Source of the DNA: Eledone cirrhosa | Lineage: Eukaryota | Reading direction: 5' to 3' | DNA: 64,000 nucleotides | NCBI GenBank assembly: GCA_964016885.1 | Contig: OZ024743.1 | Coordinates: 189,534,001-189,598,000, forward strand | Shown: in pieces, positions 27,750 to 40,121 of the stretch | Position numbering within the stretch: the stretch's first letter is position 1 | How the letters are laid out: every line of letters starts with the position of its first letter | The notes under the pieces: model-generated | Seen by the model: only the letters and a program-made list of their open reading frames with translations | Databases searched by the model: none | Told to the model about the DNA's origin: nothing | Made by a program: the position numbers and the translations under genes

Positions 27750-28890
27750 ATTGAGAAACCCTGAAATAGAAATAACGTTTTTAGATGAATTTTATAACAC
27801 AGCTTTGATCGAGATTGAAGACAAACTGGTGGAAAGATGGACCTACTCGGCATTTATGTGGCCTTTCTTGCATTGATAACACTAATTTTTATGACCTAAG
27901 GAGTGAAATTCTGCAAGAAACTTCATGTTAACAAAAACAAGACAAAACTGCTAGATGATCAAAAAGCAGTATAATATATGATTATACTTGAGTCAATTAA
28001 ACTCAGAACGGTGGCCTTTTTTTTGTCAATGCTCCAGGTGGAACTGGTAAAACCTTCTTGATAATCCTATTGTTCTCTAAAATTCAACAAGACCAGAAAT
28101 AGCTTTAGCTGTTGCTTCATCTGAAATTGCTGCTTCAACTTTTACCTGAAGACAAAACAGCTCATTGTGCTTTCAAAGTAGACTGAGGCCTAAGTTTGAA
28201 TGAAATGTCTGTATGTCATATAAAGAAGGACTCAGGAACTGCCCAAATATTGCAAAGATGTGAAGCAATTTTGGGGGATGAATGCACAATGGCACACTGA
28301 CATGCATAGGAGACCTTGGACAGAACACTAAAAGATTTCTGGAACAGCACAACACTTATGGGAGGAACAATTATTATTTTATCTGGGATCTTCCCACAAA
28401 CTTTACCAATGATATCAAAGAACACTCATATTGATAAAGTTCAAGCTTGCCTGAAATCGACAACTTTATAGCTATGTATCACCAAACTCAATTTAAGAAC
28501 AAACATGTGGATAATTTCAGTGACAACATTTTTACAGAGGATGCTCGAAAGCTTCTAAAACTTGGTGAAGGTAAAATATTCCTTGATACTGAAGGATGTT
28601 TTGATCTTTCATTATTTTGTACTGTTGTAAAATAAAGAACCAGTAATGTCCTGGGTCATTGCTGGCCTTGTGCCAATAGTAGAAACAATTATTTTGTACT
28701 GTTGTTGAAAGCGCTGTGAGCCTAATTAATCAAGTGTTCCCCAATTTCAAAATCCATCATTCCAACAAGGAGTGGCTACGTCAAAGAGAAATCCTTGCCC
28801 CACAAATCATCACAGTGAATGCCATCAACAAAAATCTTTCACAAATGAGAAATTCTCGATGAGAACAAAGTTGTTTATTATCCCATTGAA
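27750..28890 (+). mobile_element. Decayed Helitron PIF1-type helicase fragment
   Basis: FVNAPGGTGKTFLI (Walker A, ~28022-28066), DECTMAH, GGTIIILSGIFPQTLP, ILAP-like motif near 28790. Confidence 0.85.
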
Positions 28891-29720
28891 ATTCTAAAAA
28901 AAAAAAATGTAAAAACATTGTATATACTGAAGTTCTGCAAGGTTTAGATGGGTTTACACAGACTAAGTCATTACTGAAGTGGAGCTACTTATCTCCCAGA
29001 CTAGCCAGGGATCTGTGTCTCGCATATGTATGGTCTAACATTCTACCGAGTGCACAGGAGAGTTTGACACAACTGATGATCTTCCCTACCCATTGTTTGG
29101 TAAGCTTTCAATGGATGGATACCCATCCTATCACCAACCCTTTCACAGCATGTACTGGATGCATTTATTGTGTAGATCATCAAGGGAGGCTGTCATATCC
29201 TTGACATAACTGAGGGGTCCTCCCTACCCTTTGTTTGGCAGGCTTTCTATGGCTGGATGTGGTTCCAATCACCAACCACTTCATAGCATGTAATGGCTGC
29301 ATTTACATACATACATGTGTGTGTGTGTGTGTGTCTGTACATGTGTTTCCAGCATATTTCTGTCAATATTTTAACAGTGTCTCCAGATGCTATTGTTTGT
29401 TTGTGTATATGAGAAATGTTAGAGGTGGTTGACCTATGAAGGATAAAAGAGATGTTAAAAAACGATTGTATATTGTTTGAATAACTAAGCATATCAAAAC
29501 AATTCCCAAGTCACAACAGTGCAATACATTATTTTCTAATTATTCTTTGCATAACACAAACTTACAAATCGATCAATTAGAACATAATACTAAATGAAAG
29601 GCTTTCTCTTAATATAGATATATATATGAAGTATTTCCATAGGAAATGTAAAGGAATGGAGAGTGCTCTATGTATGCTACAGAGCTATTTAATTATTTAA
29701 TAAACAACATAAGACAATTA

Positions 29721-29793
29721 TTCCATTTACCAAAGGTTTCATGAAGACAGACGAGCCCAACAGTGACGTCTGAAATTGCTCATCAGAATGAAA
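29721..29793 (-). ncRNA. Type I hammerhead ribozyme motif
   Basis: Reverse complement: UUUCAUU-CUGAUGA-gcaauuuCAGACG...CGUCUGucuucau-GAAA-CC uuu GG-UA-AAUGGAA; base of stem II weakened. Confidence 0.65.
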
Positions 29794-29809
29794 ATTTAAT
29801 ATCTTGAAT

Positions 29810-29882
29810 TTTCATTCTGATGAGCGATTGCAGACGTCTCTGTTGGGCTCGTCTGTCTTCGTGAAACCTTTGGTAAATGGAA
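29810..29882 (+). ncRNA. Type I hammerhead ribozyme, canonical core, predicted GUA cleavage after 29875
   Basis: Stem I UUUCAUU/AAUGGAA; CUGAUGA at 29817-23; stem II GCGA/UCGU plus GCAGACG/CGUCUGU; GAAA at 29863-66; stem III CC uuu GG. Confidence 0.85.
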
Positions 29883-30039
29883 TAATTGTCTTGTGTTGTT
29901 TATTACATAAATATATATATATAAATATATATGCCCATGAAAAGTTTCACAATACAAATTACACAAGCATTACACACACACACAGACACATATATTATAC
30001 AAAGTGTGAGCTGGTAGGTAGTGATATAGCACAGTGGAT

Positions 30040-31400
30040 AGAGCTGTTATGTCCAAAAGACATGTATGGAAAACTGGAAAAATAGGGTCAGCAAATATCA
30101 ACAGCAAAGTGTTGAAAATTGTCTTCGAAATGACACTAGTGCCTATGTTCAAAAGAATGAGGCATGGGAATGCTACTATGAGAAGCTGATGAATGTGAAG
30201 ATTGAGTGGGCAGAAGAGAGACAACCCAAAGCAGACCCATCAGAGGGAGATAGTTATGGGGTCAAAGAAGCAATGAAGGAGATGAAAAATTATAAATCTG
30301 TTTGACTATTGCAGATAGTCTCTGTGACACTAAAACCATCTGTAGCTGTAGAAGCCAAATTAGTTACCCACATAGTCAATCAGATAATACAGGATGCTAT
30401 CAATGACTGGCAAGCTCTATACTTATCAATTGCTACAAAGGAGAAAGGGGTGCTTTGGAAAGGAGCTAGTATATAGACATAAAATGAATGAATCAAATTA
30501 TGAAAGTGACAGAAAGGGTTGTAGTACAATTAATTAGAGAAAGACTTAAATAGAATATGAAGTTTGGTTTTGTAACAGAGAGGAGTACGACACATGCCCT
30601 CTTCTTAGTAAGATGTCTACAAGAAATTCCTGGCTAAGTGGAAGCCACTTCATCTAGTTTTCAGGGATGGAGAAGGCCTTTGGCAGAGTACCACTATCTG
30701 ATCTGGTGGTCCTTAAGAAAATAAAGTGTAGAAGAATAGATTGTAAGAGCAGTGCAAACCATGCACAGAGGAGCTGGCAGTAAAGTGGGAGTAGGAAGTG
30801 AATTTAGTGAGGAATTTAATGTACAGATAGGAGTTCAGCAAGGCTCATTCCTCTGTCCACTTATATTATAGTTCTTCAGGTCATAACAGAGGATTTTAAG
30901 ACTGACTGTTGATGGGAATTTCTGTATGCTGATTGTCTGAATCTTATATCTGAATCTGTGAAAGAGCTAGAGAAGAAATGTTTACCATAGAAACTGTAAA
31001 TGATATACACAATGTAAATCCTGGTTACATCTGAGGTTTAGTGTAATAGCAGAAAAGGTAGACTTTGTATGTAGCAAATGTACAATGACAGTAAGAGCAT
31101 CAGTGAAATAAATATTTTCCAATCCCAGGAAAGCTCCAGAGAAGTGTTTGACAGTGTCTGCAACTTAGTTTATCTAATTAACAGTGGAGGAGCAAAGTTG
31201 CTAGAATAAAAATAGAATGGAAAACGTTTACGGAGCTACTACATCTGTTGACAACAAAAGGTTTCTCTGAATTAATGAAAGGTTGGTTCTCTGATAATTA
31301 CTTGAGATGTGCACTACTGTATGGCAGTGAGACATGGCAGTGAATACAGGGGAAATGCAGAAGCTGAAGAGAAATAAAGCTCTATCAATTCCACTATGCA
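30040..31400 (+). pseudogene. Decayed RTE LINE copy
   Basis: KNEAWECYYEKLMN, INCYKGERGALERS, ctgtatgctgat (LYAD), LLYGSETW; colinear with the intact ORF. Confidence 0.85.
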
Positions 31401-31767
31401 ACTAAATGTACCAGCTGGCCTCAATGTGCCCAGTCTTCACAACCACTCGCTTATTGATACTTTTATTCATTATCAATATACTCCGCCCTCTATCAGCTAG
31501 CCCTATCAGCCTATCTCCACTGTCATCTCCCAGAACTAACCATAGCTCTTTTACTTTTGTTATAGAACTTTCTGTCAGTGGACACCATCAATAATTTCTC
31601 TCATTCTCTCACTCATATAGCTCAGTCACCTTTGGGTCCCTTAACCTGTATAAGAGGAAAGAACCTTTAATTAAATAGTAACTTGGCCTGCAACGACCTG
31701 ACCAGCGTGGAAAAGTGGATTAAAATGATGATTAGGATGAGGACATTATATATATATATATATATAT

Positions 31768-31844
<77 letters not shown>

Positions 31845-31846
<2 letters not shown>

Positions 31847-32184
31847 CACATGGCTTAGTGGTTAGAGCATTGGCCTTGCAATTGAAAGGTTGTAAGTGAA
31901 ATTCTCAGACTGAGTGATGTGTTGTTTCCTTGAGCAAGACACTTTATTTCACATTGCTCCAGTTTACTCAGCTGTAGAAATGAGATGATAGGGATTGGGG
32001 GTCCCTATCATTCCACTGCAAAGTGGTCGTGGAGGTGCCATGGCAAAATACCACCCAACACTCACTGTAAATGAGGTTGATGTTAGGAAGGCCATCCAGC
32101 TGTAGAAATCAAGCCAGAATCAGTTCCTGTCCCAAGCAGGGAAAAGCGGACGTAAAATGATGATGATGATGATGATGATGATGA
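31845..32184 (+). mobile_element. Full tRNA-derived SINE with RTE-derived tail
   Basis: ggcacatggcttagtggttagagc head, core, gttaggaaggccatccagctgtag, cggacgtaaaa(tga)n. Confidence 0.85.
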
Positions 32185-32202
32185 TATATATATATATATT
32201 TA

Positions 32203-32251
<49 letters not shown>

Positions 32252-32378
32252 AAGGTAATTTGAGTTTTTCAAATATTAATAATAACATTCGAATTGTTTG
32301 CAATTGTGCAAACAAGCCTCAATTATATAGCCATGTCAGTAGAATGAACACTTCATTCTTGCTCTTGTATTGGCATGT

Positions 32379-32440
32379 GAACAGAACTGCAGAGACTAAT
32401 GTTTCTGTGTATCACCCTTTATTAGTACAGCTCTCTGTTC
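32379..32440 (-). ncRNA. Inactivated hammerhead copy (core CUAAUAA)
   Basis: Paralogue of 32800-32861 with G5 and G8 changed to A; stem I still pairs. Confidence 0.6.
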
Positions 32441-32799
32441 ACCTGCCAAACTGTCAGAGCTAGTGAAAATATATGCTATTTTCAAAAATACACAGTGATT
32501 TGCATATTAGCAGACTGGCTGATCAGTCAGATCTGCATATTATCAGATCCACTGATCAGCCAGATTTGCATATCAGCAGACTGGCCAGTCAGTTTCCTGT
32601 ATATGAGCGATAAATGGCTGGCTTTGCCAATTCAAATTAAAAAGAAAATTTCACTCTACATGGTTGAATACAATAAATGTTATTTGAGTTTTTCGAATAT
32701 CAATAACAGTCGATTCGTTTGCAACTATGCAAACAAGCCTCAATTTTATAGCCATGTCAGTAGAATGAACACTTCATTCTTGTTCTTATGTTGACATTC

Positions 32800-32861
32800 G
32801 AACAGAACAGCAGACACTAATGTTTCTGGGTATCACCCTTCATCAGTACAGCTCACTGTTC
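32800..32861 (-). ncRNA. Type I hammerhead ribozyme, predicted GUC cleavage between 32813 and 32812
   Basis: Reverse complement: GAACAGugAGCuGUA-CUGAUGA-A GGG ugaua CCC A-GAAA-CA uuag UG-UC-UGCuGUUCUGUUC. Confidence 0.8.
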
Positions 32862-33664
32862 ACCTGCCTAACTGTCAGAGCTAGTGAAAATATATACTAT
32901 TTTCCAAAAATACACAGTGACTGATCGGCCTGATTTGCATATTAACAGACTGGCTGATCAGTGAGATCTGCATATTAGCAGATCCACTGATCAGCCAGAT
33001 TTGCATATCAGCAGATTGGCCAGTCAGCTTCCTGTATCCGAGTGATAAATGGCCGGCTTTGCTAAATTCAAATTAAAAAAAATTTAAACAGAGTTAAAGA
33101 CTCTCATTAATCCCCCATGATTTAATGAGCTAAAGGAATAGATTCCGGACTCTTTATAAATCAGTATATATGGCTATAAAATTGAGGCTTGTTTGCATAA
33201 TTGCAAACGAATCAAATGTTATTATTAATATTCGAAAAACTCAGATTACATATATTTTATTCAACCATGTAGAGCGAAATGTTCTTTATATATATATATA
33301 TATAACTTGTCCAGCCTTCTGTCATTTTACTCTATAATATAATATATATGTATATATATATATATAAAAATCAGTATATAGAGAGAAATACACAAAGAGA
33401 AATGTTCATCACTCAGGTGGGTTTTTTCATCTCCTATGAGTAAACATATTTCTCATTGTGCACTTCTCTCTATATACTGATTTATAAAGAGCCCGGATAG
33501 ATCATTAAATCATGGGGGATTAATGAGAGTCTTTAACTCTGTTTTAAATTTTATATATATATATATATATATATAGGCTTAAAAATGGAATGAGAGTAAG
33601 ACGAAAGCAAGAATTGAGGGGGGGGTCCTCATCAGTTGTGTCCTGGGGGGTCTCGGATAAATAT

Positions 33665-34035
33665 ATATGTTGTTTCCTTGCGCAAGACACTTTAATTCAC
33701 GTTGCTCCAGTTTACTCAGCTGTAGAAATGAGATGATAGGAGGACTGGGGTCCCTATCATTCCACTGCAAAGTGGTCGTGGAGGTGCCATGCCAAAAAAA
33801 GCACCCACCACACACTGTAAAGTAACTGTGTAGGCACCACGGAAAAAAAGCACCTACCACTCACTGTAAATGAGGTTGGTGTTAGGAAGGGCATCCAGCT
33901 GTAAAAATCAAGCCAGAATCAGTTCCCGTATGAGCAATACAAGGTCAGCCGACCAGATACTGCCTGCAACAGGACAACCCGTCTAATCCATGCTAGCGTG
34001 GAAGAACGGAGGTAAAACGGTGATGATGAAGATGA
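33665..34035 (+). mobile_element. 5'-truncated SINE with RTE-derived tail
   Basis: Homologous to 25706-26143 and 31845-32184. Confidence 0.8.
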
Positions 34036-34881
34036 TATATATATATATATATACTATACATATATGTATATAAATATATATATGTGTGTGTGTGTATGTA
34101 TGTGTGTATGTGTATGTGTATTTGATGAAGGTGTAAATGAAGGCATATATATCTGTTAGATACGCAGTGACTAACAACAGAATGTTTTAAGTCTGCGTGT
34201 CTGACATAATGCGTAGCTTGTGAATAAAAAAATCAAGGGATTTCGCTGGCCATGGTGATCCCTGCCAAACATCTTTTGTAATGTATCGTTTTATTGGCTA
34301 ATCAACCAATGAGAGTAACTGTTGCTCAAAAGCATCCGCCACTGTGTTTGCACGTTTATTTATCGTTTCGCTTTCGAATCTTCCTCCTGTATTTCGTCGT
34401 TTATCATCAAAATATTTTTCTCGTTTTGTTAAGTTATATTGTTAATTTATATATGATTTTTAAAATTTATATTAACTATTTTTTTTTCAGTTCGTTATAA
34501 TATTGCTTATAATATTGGTTGTATCATATTTACTTGTATATTTGTCCATATTATTGTTCGTTTTATATTAGATTATTTTATTATTATTATGTTAGATTAT
34601 TTTTTTTATCATTACGTTAGACTATTTGTATGTAATATTTAATTTTTATTAATTCAACTATAACAATTATTATGTAAAATATATTTATTTAATATTGATT
34701 GTTTTTTGTAGTTGTTTATATTAAAAGTCTGAAGATATTTTTATACATCTTACAATAATATTTATAAGATCATTTATAAAATAACAATTATATAATCTAA
34801 TTACATTACAACGATAATTTATTATTAATATATATCATGTTTAACTAGAGTTATTACAAGCATTGCCTTAAAAAAATATTA

Positions 34882-35329
34882 AACTAGACCTGAAAAATGC
34901 GCAAGCTCAAAAGAGCCACAGAATGTTATAATAACCCTTCAAAACTGTTGGACTAGAATTGTTGCTCAAAAATATTGTAATCATTATCTATCGTACACTC
35001 TATGGCATCCTTTTATAAAAAAGAGACTCATAACGAACTCAAGACGACACTATAATTATTTAAGTGAATTTATAATATAGAATTCGGTTTAAGTGCATTT
35101 CGTATTAATCATTACTAAACATCTAATATGAGATATTGAACATTAGCTTAAATAATTATCGTGTCGTCTTGAGTTCGTTATGAGTCTCTTTTTTATAAAA
35201 GGATGCCACAGAGTGTACGATAGATAATGATTACAATATTTTTGAGCAACAACTCTAGTCCCACACTTTTGAAGGTTTATTATAACATTCTGTGACTCCT
35301 TTGAGCTTGCGCATTTTTCAGGTCTAGTG
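34882..35329. mobile_element. MITE with ~180-bp TIRs and TA target duplication (Tc1/mariner-type)
   Basis: TA|aactagacctgaaaaatgcgcaagctc...gagcttgcgcatttttcaggtctagtg|TA; arms ~34883-35063 and ~35147-35328. Confidence 0.85.
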
Positions 35330-35733
35330 TATAATGAACATACAAACGTTTTACTATGAATATTTTAAGCTATGATCAAGTCGCATCCATTTCAACTGAT
35401 GTTTAATTGTAGTATATGCAAATGAGCAATTCTAGCTATTGCTTCATATGCAAAAAACGTATAATCTGTTCTTAAGAGAATTAATAGATATAACTGATGA
35501 AAGATAACATTTCAGAAACATGTGTTTAACATTCTCATATGCTTACTGTGTTATTTATGACATATATACATTCTCTTTTACTCATTTACTGATTCCAGTC
35601 ATAAGACGGTTGACATACTGGATCATATTGTCACCAGTACTTATATTTCTAATTCTTGTACTTATGTTATTGATGTCTATTCATTAAATAAATACAAAAC
35701 ACTGGATTTTAAATAATATCCATGGAAACACAG

Positions 35734-35812
<79 letters not shown>

Positions 35813-36270
35813 ACAGGCTTCTACATAATATTCATCTATCAAATTTTAACCAAAAGGCATTGGTCAACCTGAGTCTATATTAGAAGATATTTACCCAAGG
35901 TACTACACGGTGGAAGTCGACTGCCAAATTATGTGAACTTATTAACACAGGCATATATAGTGTTAAGTACTTTTATACTGTCAAATATTGTTTCTCATTC
36001 GTGATTCTTATATAATTAATCATTGAACTAATGTATCCAGTACAATCTATAAGGTAGTTAGTGTTAGGAAGTGCATCTAATGATTGAAACCATACTAAAA
36101 GTTGGGCACCAAAGGAAAACACGGTTCACTAACACAGCTAGTATCAGACTGTGAAAACGCCTCCAACCCATGCCAGCATGGATAATGGACATAAACTGAA
36201 GATGATAATGATTAATTATTTAAGTTACAATAAGTTTAATGCTTTAGCATTCACATTACTCTATATTTAC

Positions 36271-36460
36271 CAATGTAGAAAAATTGCAGTATCGGTAGAG
36301 TGCCAGACACCATGTTTTACAGCATAGAGTTATGGCCTTTTGCGTTCTGAGTTCAAATCCCCCTGAGGTTAACTTTACCTTTCATCCTTACGGGATCGAT
36401 AAAATAAAGCACCAGTTATGCATTGGAGTAATTGCTGGCCTTGTGCCAAAAGTAGAAACA
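36271..36460 (+). mobile_element. Nin/Deu-domain-type SINE nested in a piggyBac-like MITE
   Basis: ctttcatccttacgggatcgataaaataaag core; 16-bp TSD attactctatatttac at 36255-70 and 36461-76. Confidence 0.75.
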
Positions 36461-37513
36461 ATTACTCTATATTTACTATTATATTTTCACAGAAAACGTT
36501 TTATCTCACATAATATAAAATCTATGGGAATTTGGTATTATGTATTTTGAGAACAATACCTTAATATAAGTATGAGCAGCTGGTCATGGCCAGTTTGAAC
36601 AGAAGAGGTGAGAAAATTCTGGCCAGATATGGCTGGTGTTTAAATGCTAAAGTTTTAAGAAGATGACTTCGTCCAATAATTGAAATGCCTCGCCATCATG
36701 AAGAAAGATGCTATTCCAGGTTGATTTTAATACTGAACCAGATTAGGAAAAGAACACTATGTATATACATCTACTGTGTATATATATATAAGTATATATA
36801 TCTCACTATATATAAGATACATATTTTTTATATTTATATTATCCAATACATTCTATGCTAACTTACAAAATATAATGGCCAAATATTATCAAATTCTTTT
36901 CTTATAACTGAATAAATACACTATCTTAACTTTATAAAGAAAAGCTTCAACAATTCAACTATATTAACCAATTCACAGCATTCTAACAATTGTTTTAGCA
37001 AAAGACACAAGTAACCTTATAACGTAGCATGTTTTTTTATAAAACCTTCTTCTCCATAACATGCACTTGAATCTCATTGCCTGCTTAAACATATGCATTT
37101 GGAATTTTTCGGTATCTTAAAATTGTCTTATTGTTGGTATCTATTATTTTACTATTTTTTTTTATTCTGAATAATATTTCCTGAAGAGATATGGTTGGGA
37201 TAAAGCATCCATGATGGGGATAATTATTAACTAATAATTACTACCTGAACTGCCATTAACAACAGGATATTTTAACTACAATATCGTAATCCTTCAGTTT
37301 ATACTCCCAAGAGTAATGTGGATTGAGTTATTATAATCTTACCAAAGCAAATAGTGAAGTACTACACTATGATCACATATATTATTTATTTTATATATAT
37401 ATATATATATTTCAGAGTACCAATTCTAATTTTCAATTTTTGCTCGTCCGGCAACTGCTCTGTATAATCAGTTCCTGATTATTACTGGAATTCTATAAGA
37501 ATCCAACATTCAT

Positions 37514-37610
37514 AATTTTCAGCAAACAGGAGGAGTAGTGAGCTTTGATAAGTACCAACAAGTACGAAACAGAGCTCTGTCAGCTTATCTCCCCTTGTTT
37601 GCTGAAAATT
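37514..37610 (+). ncRNA. Type I hammerhead ribozyme with U3-A8 core, predicted GUC cleavage after 37581
   Basis: AGCU-UUGAUAA-GUAC caacaa GUAC-GAAA-CAGAGCUCUG-UC-AGCU; distal stem I aattttcagcaaaca/tgtttgctgaaaatt (15 bp). Confidence 0.85.
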
Positions 37611-37726
37611 GAAGTAAGTGACACTGTCACTACTTTAAAACAATAGCGTAAGGTCTTCAAAATGCTTTTAATTAAGCATACAGTGTACTGCAACCTATAC
37701 TATATATACATTCATATATATATATA

Positions 37727-38925
37727 ACAAAGGAATTGTGGTAAGGAACCAGATGGACCATAACGCACCAGAGTACTCAATACTTAGGGTAGTAGAGTGG
37801 GAAATAGGAAAAAGTATGACCCCGACGGCAGAGCTCAAGCCGTTTCGACGGCTATTTCTGGACTTAATTAGAATTTTTAGCCTGGTGAATAAATAGCCGA
37901 ACTTGTCAAGGGGGTACTTCCTTATATGGGAAGATTGTATTTTTCAAGAGGATTGGTTAAAATTTGTTGTAAACACAAATAAGTCTATCATGGCATTTGG
38001 TAGGAGGTAGGGGTGGCTGAACTTGCCTGTAGAACAATAGGGGAGTGAGTGGAGCGGTCAAGCGTTGAGAGTGATATGTATACAGCAGATTCTAAGGATA
38101 GTGTATGAATTGGAGGAGGAAGGTTATAGATTAGGTAAATCGAATGAGAGTAGGAGACAATAAAAGATAATAGAAAGAAATAAACAAAAATATAAAATTA
38201 GATAGTGAGAGATGAATAAAAAAAAACACAATGCTATCTTACAATTACAGGTTAATAAGCTGAGAATAGAAAAAAAACTAAGAAGTTGAGTAGTAACAAA
38301 ACTGATACAAATTAAAGGGGTTTAACACGTTTGCTATAAGTAGTTAGTAAAACGTATTCGACCAGTTCTCTCTTAAAATTACAGGGGTGGGGGAACTGAC
38401 GCTAGAGAGGCCCGATGAGCTGCATCGGGGTAGGCGAAAGGGGACAAGTAGACGAGGAAGAAAATAGGGGATGGAAGGAAGTGATAGGATGAGACAGGGG
38501 GGAGAAGAAGACAAAGAGGAAAAGAAAAGAGATACATCTACATATGTAAGTTGGCGTTTCCCCTAACTTATTCTTCAAGTGGGAGGGGAGGGTATCAGCC
38601 CTTGTCTACCCACCCGGGTCGTTATGGGGTTTGAGGGCAAGGTAAGTCCTACGGAATCTGTGTTTGCATGCGGTTACAAGTTCGTCTTTCTTGTTTAGAA
38701 GTTGGACCTTCGAAAACAGCATTTGTAATGTTTCCTCCGAGCATAAGTTACACGGACGGCGTCCTCCCGTGTAAGAGTTAGCTCTGGACAGTAGGCTCCA
38801 AGTGAGATTGTAGGTTATATTATTATCTTGGAGGTCCCATATGTGGCCCGAAAGTGTAGTGGCATGTCGCCGGACCGGGTTTCGGAAGGTATGTCGGTGT
38901 TGGTAGAGCCGGGTCTTGAATATAC

Positions 38926-38926
<1 letters not shown>
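37727..38926 (-). mobile_element. 5'-truncated Penelope-like element: GIY-YIG C-terminus, 3' UTR and HHR
   Basis: [12 protein letters not shown]...TTLSGHIW...[10 protein letters not shown]...CNLCSEE...LLNKKDEL..CKH (stop at 38606); bounded by TA runs. Confidence 0.85.
37812..37919 (-). ncRNA. Type I hammerhead ribozyme with U3-A8 core, predicted GUC cleavage between 37824 and 37823
   Basis: Reverse complement: AAGUAcCCCC-UUGACAA-GuuCGGCUAUUU...AAAUAGCCGuC-GAAA-CGGC uugagcucu GCCG-UC-GGGGucaUACUU. Confidence 0.85.
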
Positions 38927-38996
<70 letters not shown>

Positions 38997-39014
38997 CGTA
39001 TATATACATATATT

Positions 39015-39051
<37 letters not shown>

Positions 39052-39278
39052 ATACGTATATATACATATATTTATATATATACATACGTATATATACATA
39101 TATATATATATATACATACGTATATATACATATATATATATATATATACATACGTATATATACATATATATATATATACATACGTATATATACATATATA
39201 TATATATATATACATACGTATATATACATATATATATACATACGTATATATACATATATATATATATATATACATACG

Positions 39279-39310
<32 letters not shown>

Positions 39311-39462
39311 CATACGTATATATACATATATATATATATACATACGTATATATACATATATATATATATATACGTATATATACATACATATATATACATA
39401 CGTATATATACATACATATATATATATATACATACGTATATATACATATATATATACATACG

Positions 39463-39497
<35 letters not shown>

Positions 39498-39568
39498 ATA
39501 CGTATATATACATATATATATATATATATATACATACATACGTATATATACATATATATATACATACG

Positions 39569-39626
<58 letters not shown>

Positions 39627-39628
39627 CG

Positions 39629-39670
<42 letters not shown>

Positions 39671-39748
39671 CATACGTATATATACATATATATATATATA
39701 TACATACATACGTATATATACATATATATATATATATACATACATACG

Positions 39749-39783
<35 letters not shown>

Positions 39784-39788
39784 ATACG

Positions 39789-39830
<42 letters not shown>

Positions 39831-39862
39831 CGTATATATACATACATATATATATACATACG

Positions 39863-39942
<80 letters not shown>

Positions 39943-39967
39943 CATATATATACATATATATATATAC

Positions 39968-40003
<36 letters not shown>

Positions 40004-40121
40004 GTACGTATATATACATATATATATATATATATACATATGTATATATATACATATATATATATATATATACATATGTATATATACATATATATGTATA
40101 TATGTATATATATATATATAT

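Larger units (their letters stand above)
29626..29908. mobile_element. Family-B foldback insert: ~100-bp arms each carrying an HHR
   Basis: 29698-29796 is inverted relative to 29807-29905; TA runs on both sides. Confidence 0.85.
32248..33286 (-). mobile_element. Family-C element: tandem dimer of a ~421-bp HHR-bearing monomer plus an inverted partial copy
   Basis: 32248-32652 is similar to ~32670-33084; 33166-33286 is the reverse complement of ~32640-32755; TA-flanked. Confidence 0.8.

Noticed and set aside
31845-31920. tRNA gene
   Set aside because: A/B boxes only, no full cloverleaf; it continues into the SINE core
35492-35530. ctgatgaaag...gaaacatgtgtt minimal HHR relic
   Set aside because: Stems I and II do not pair convincingly
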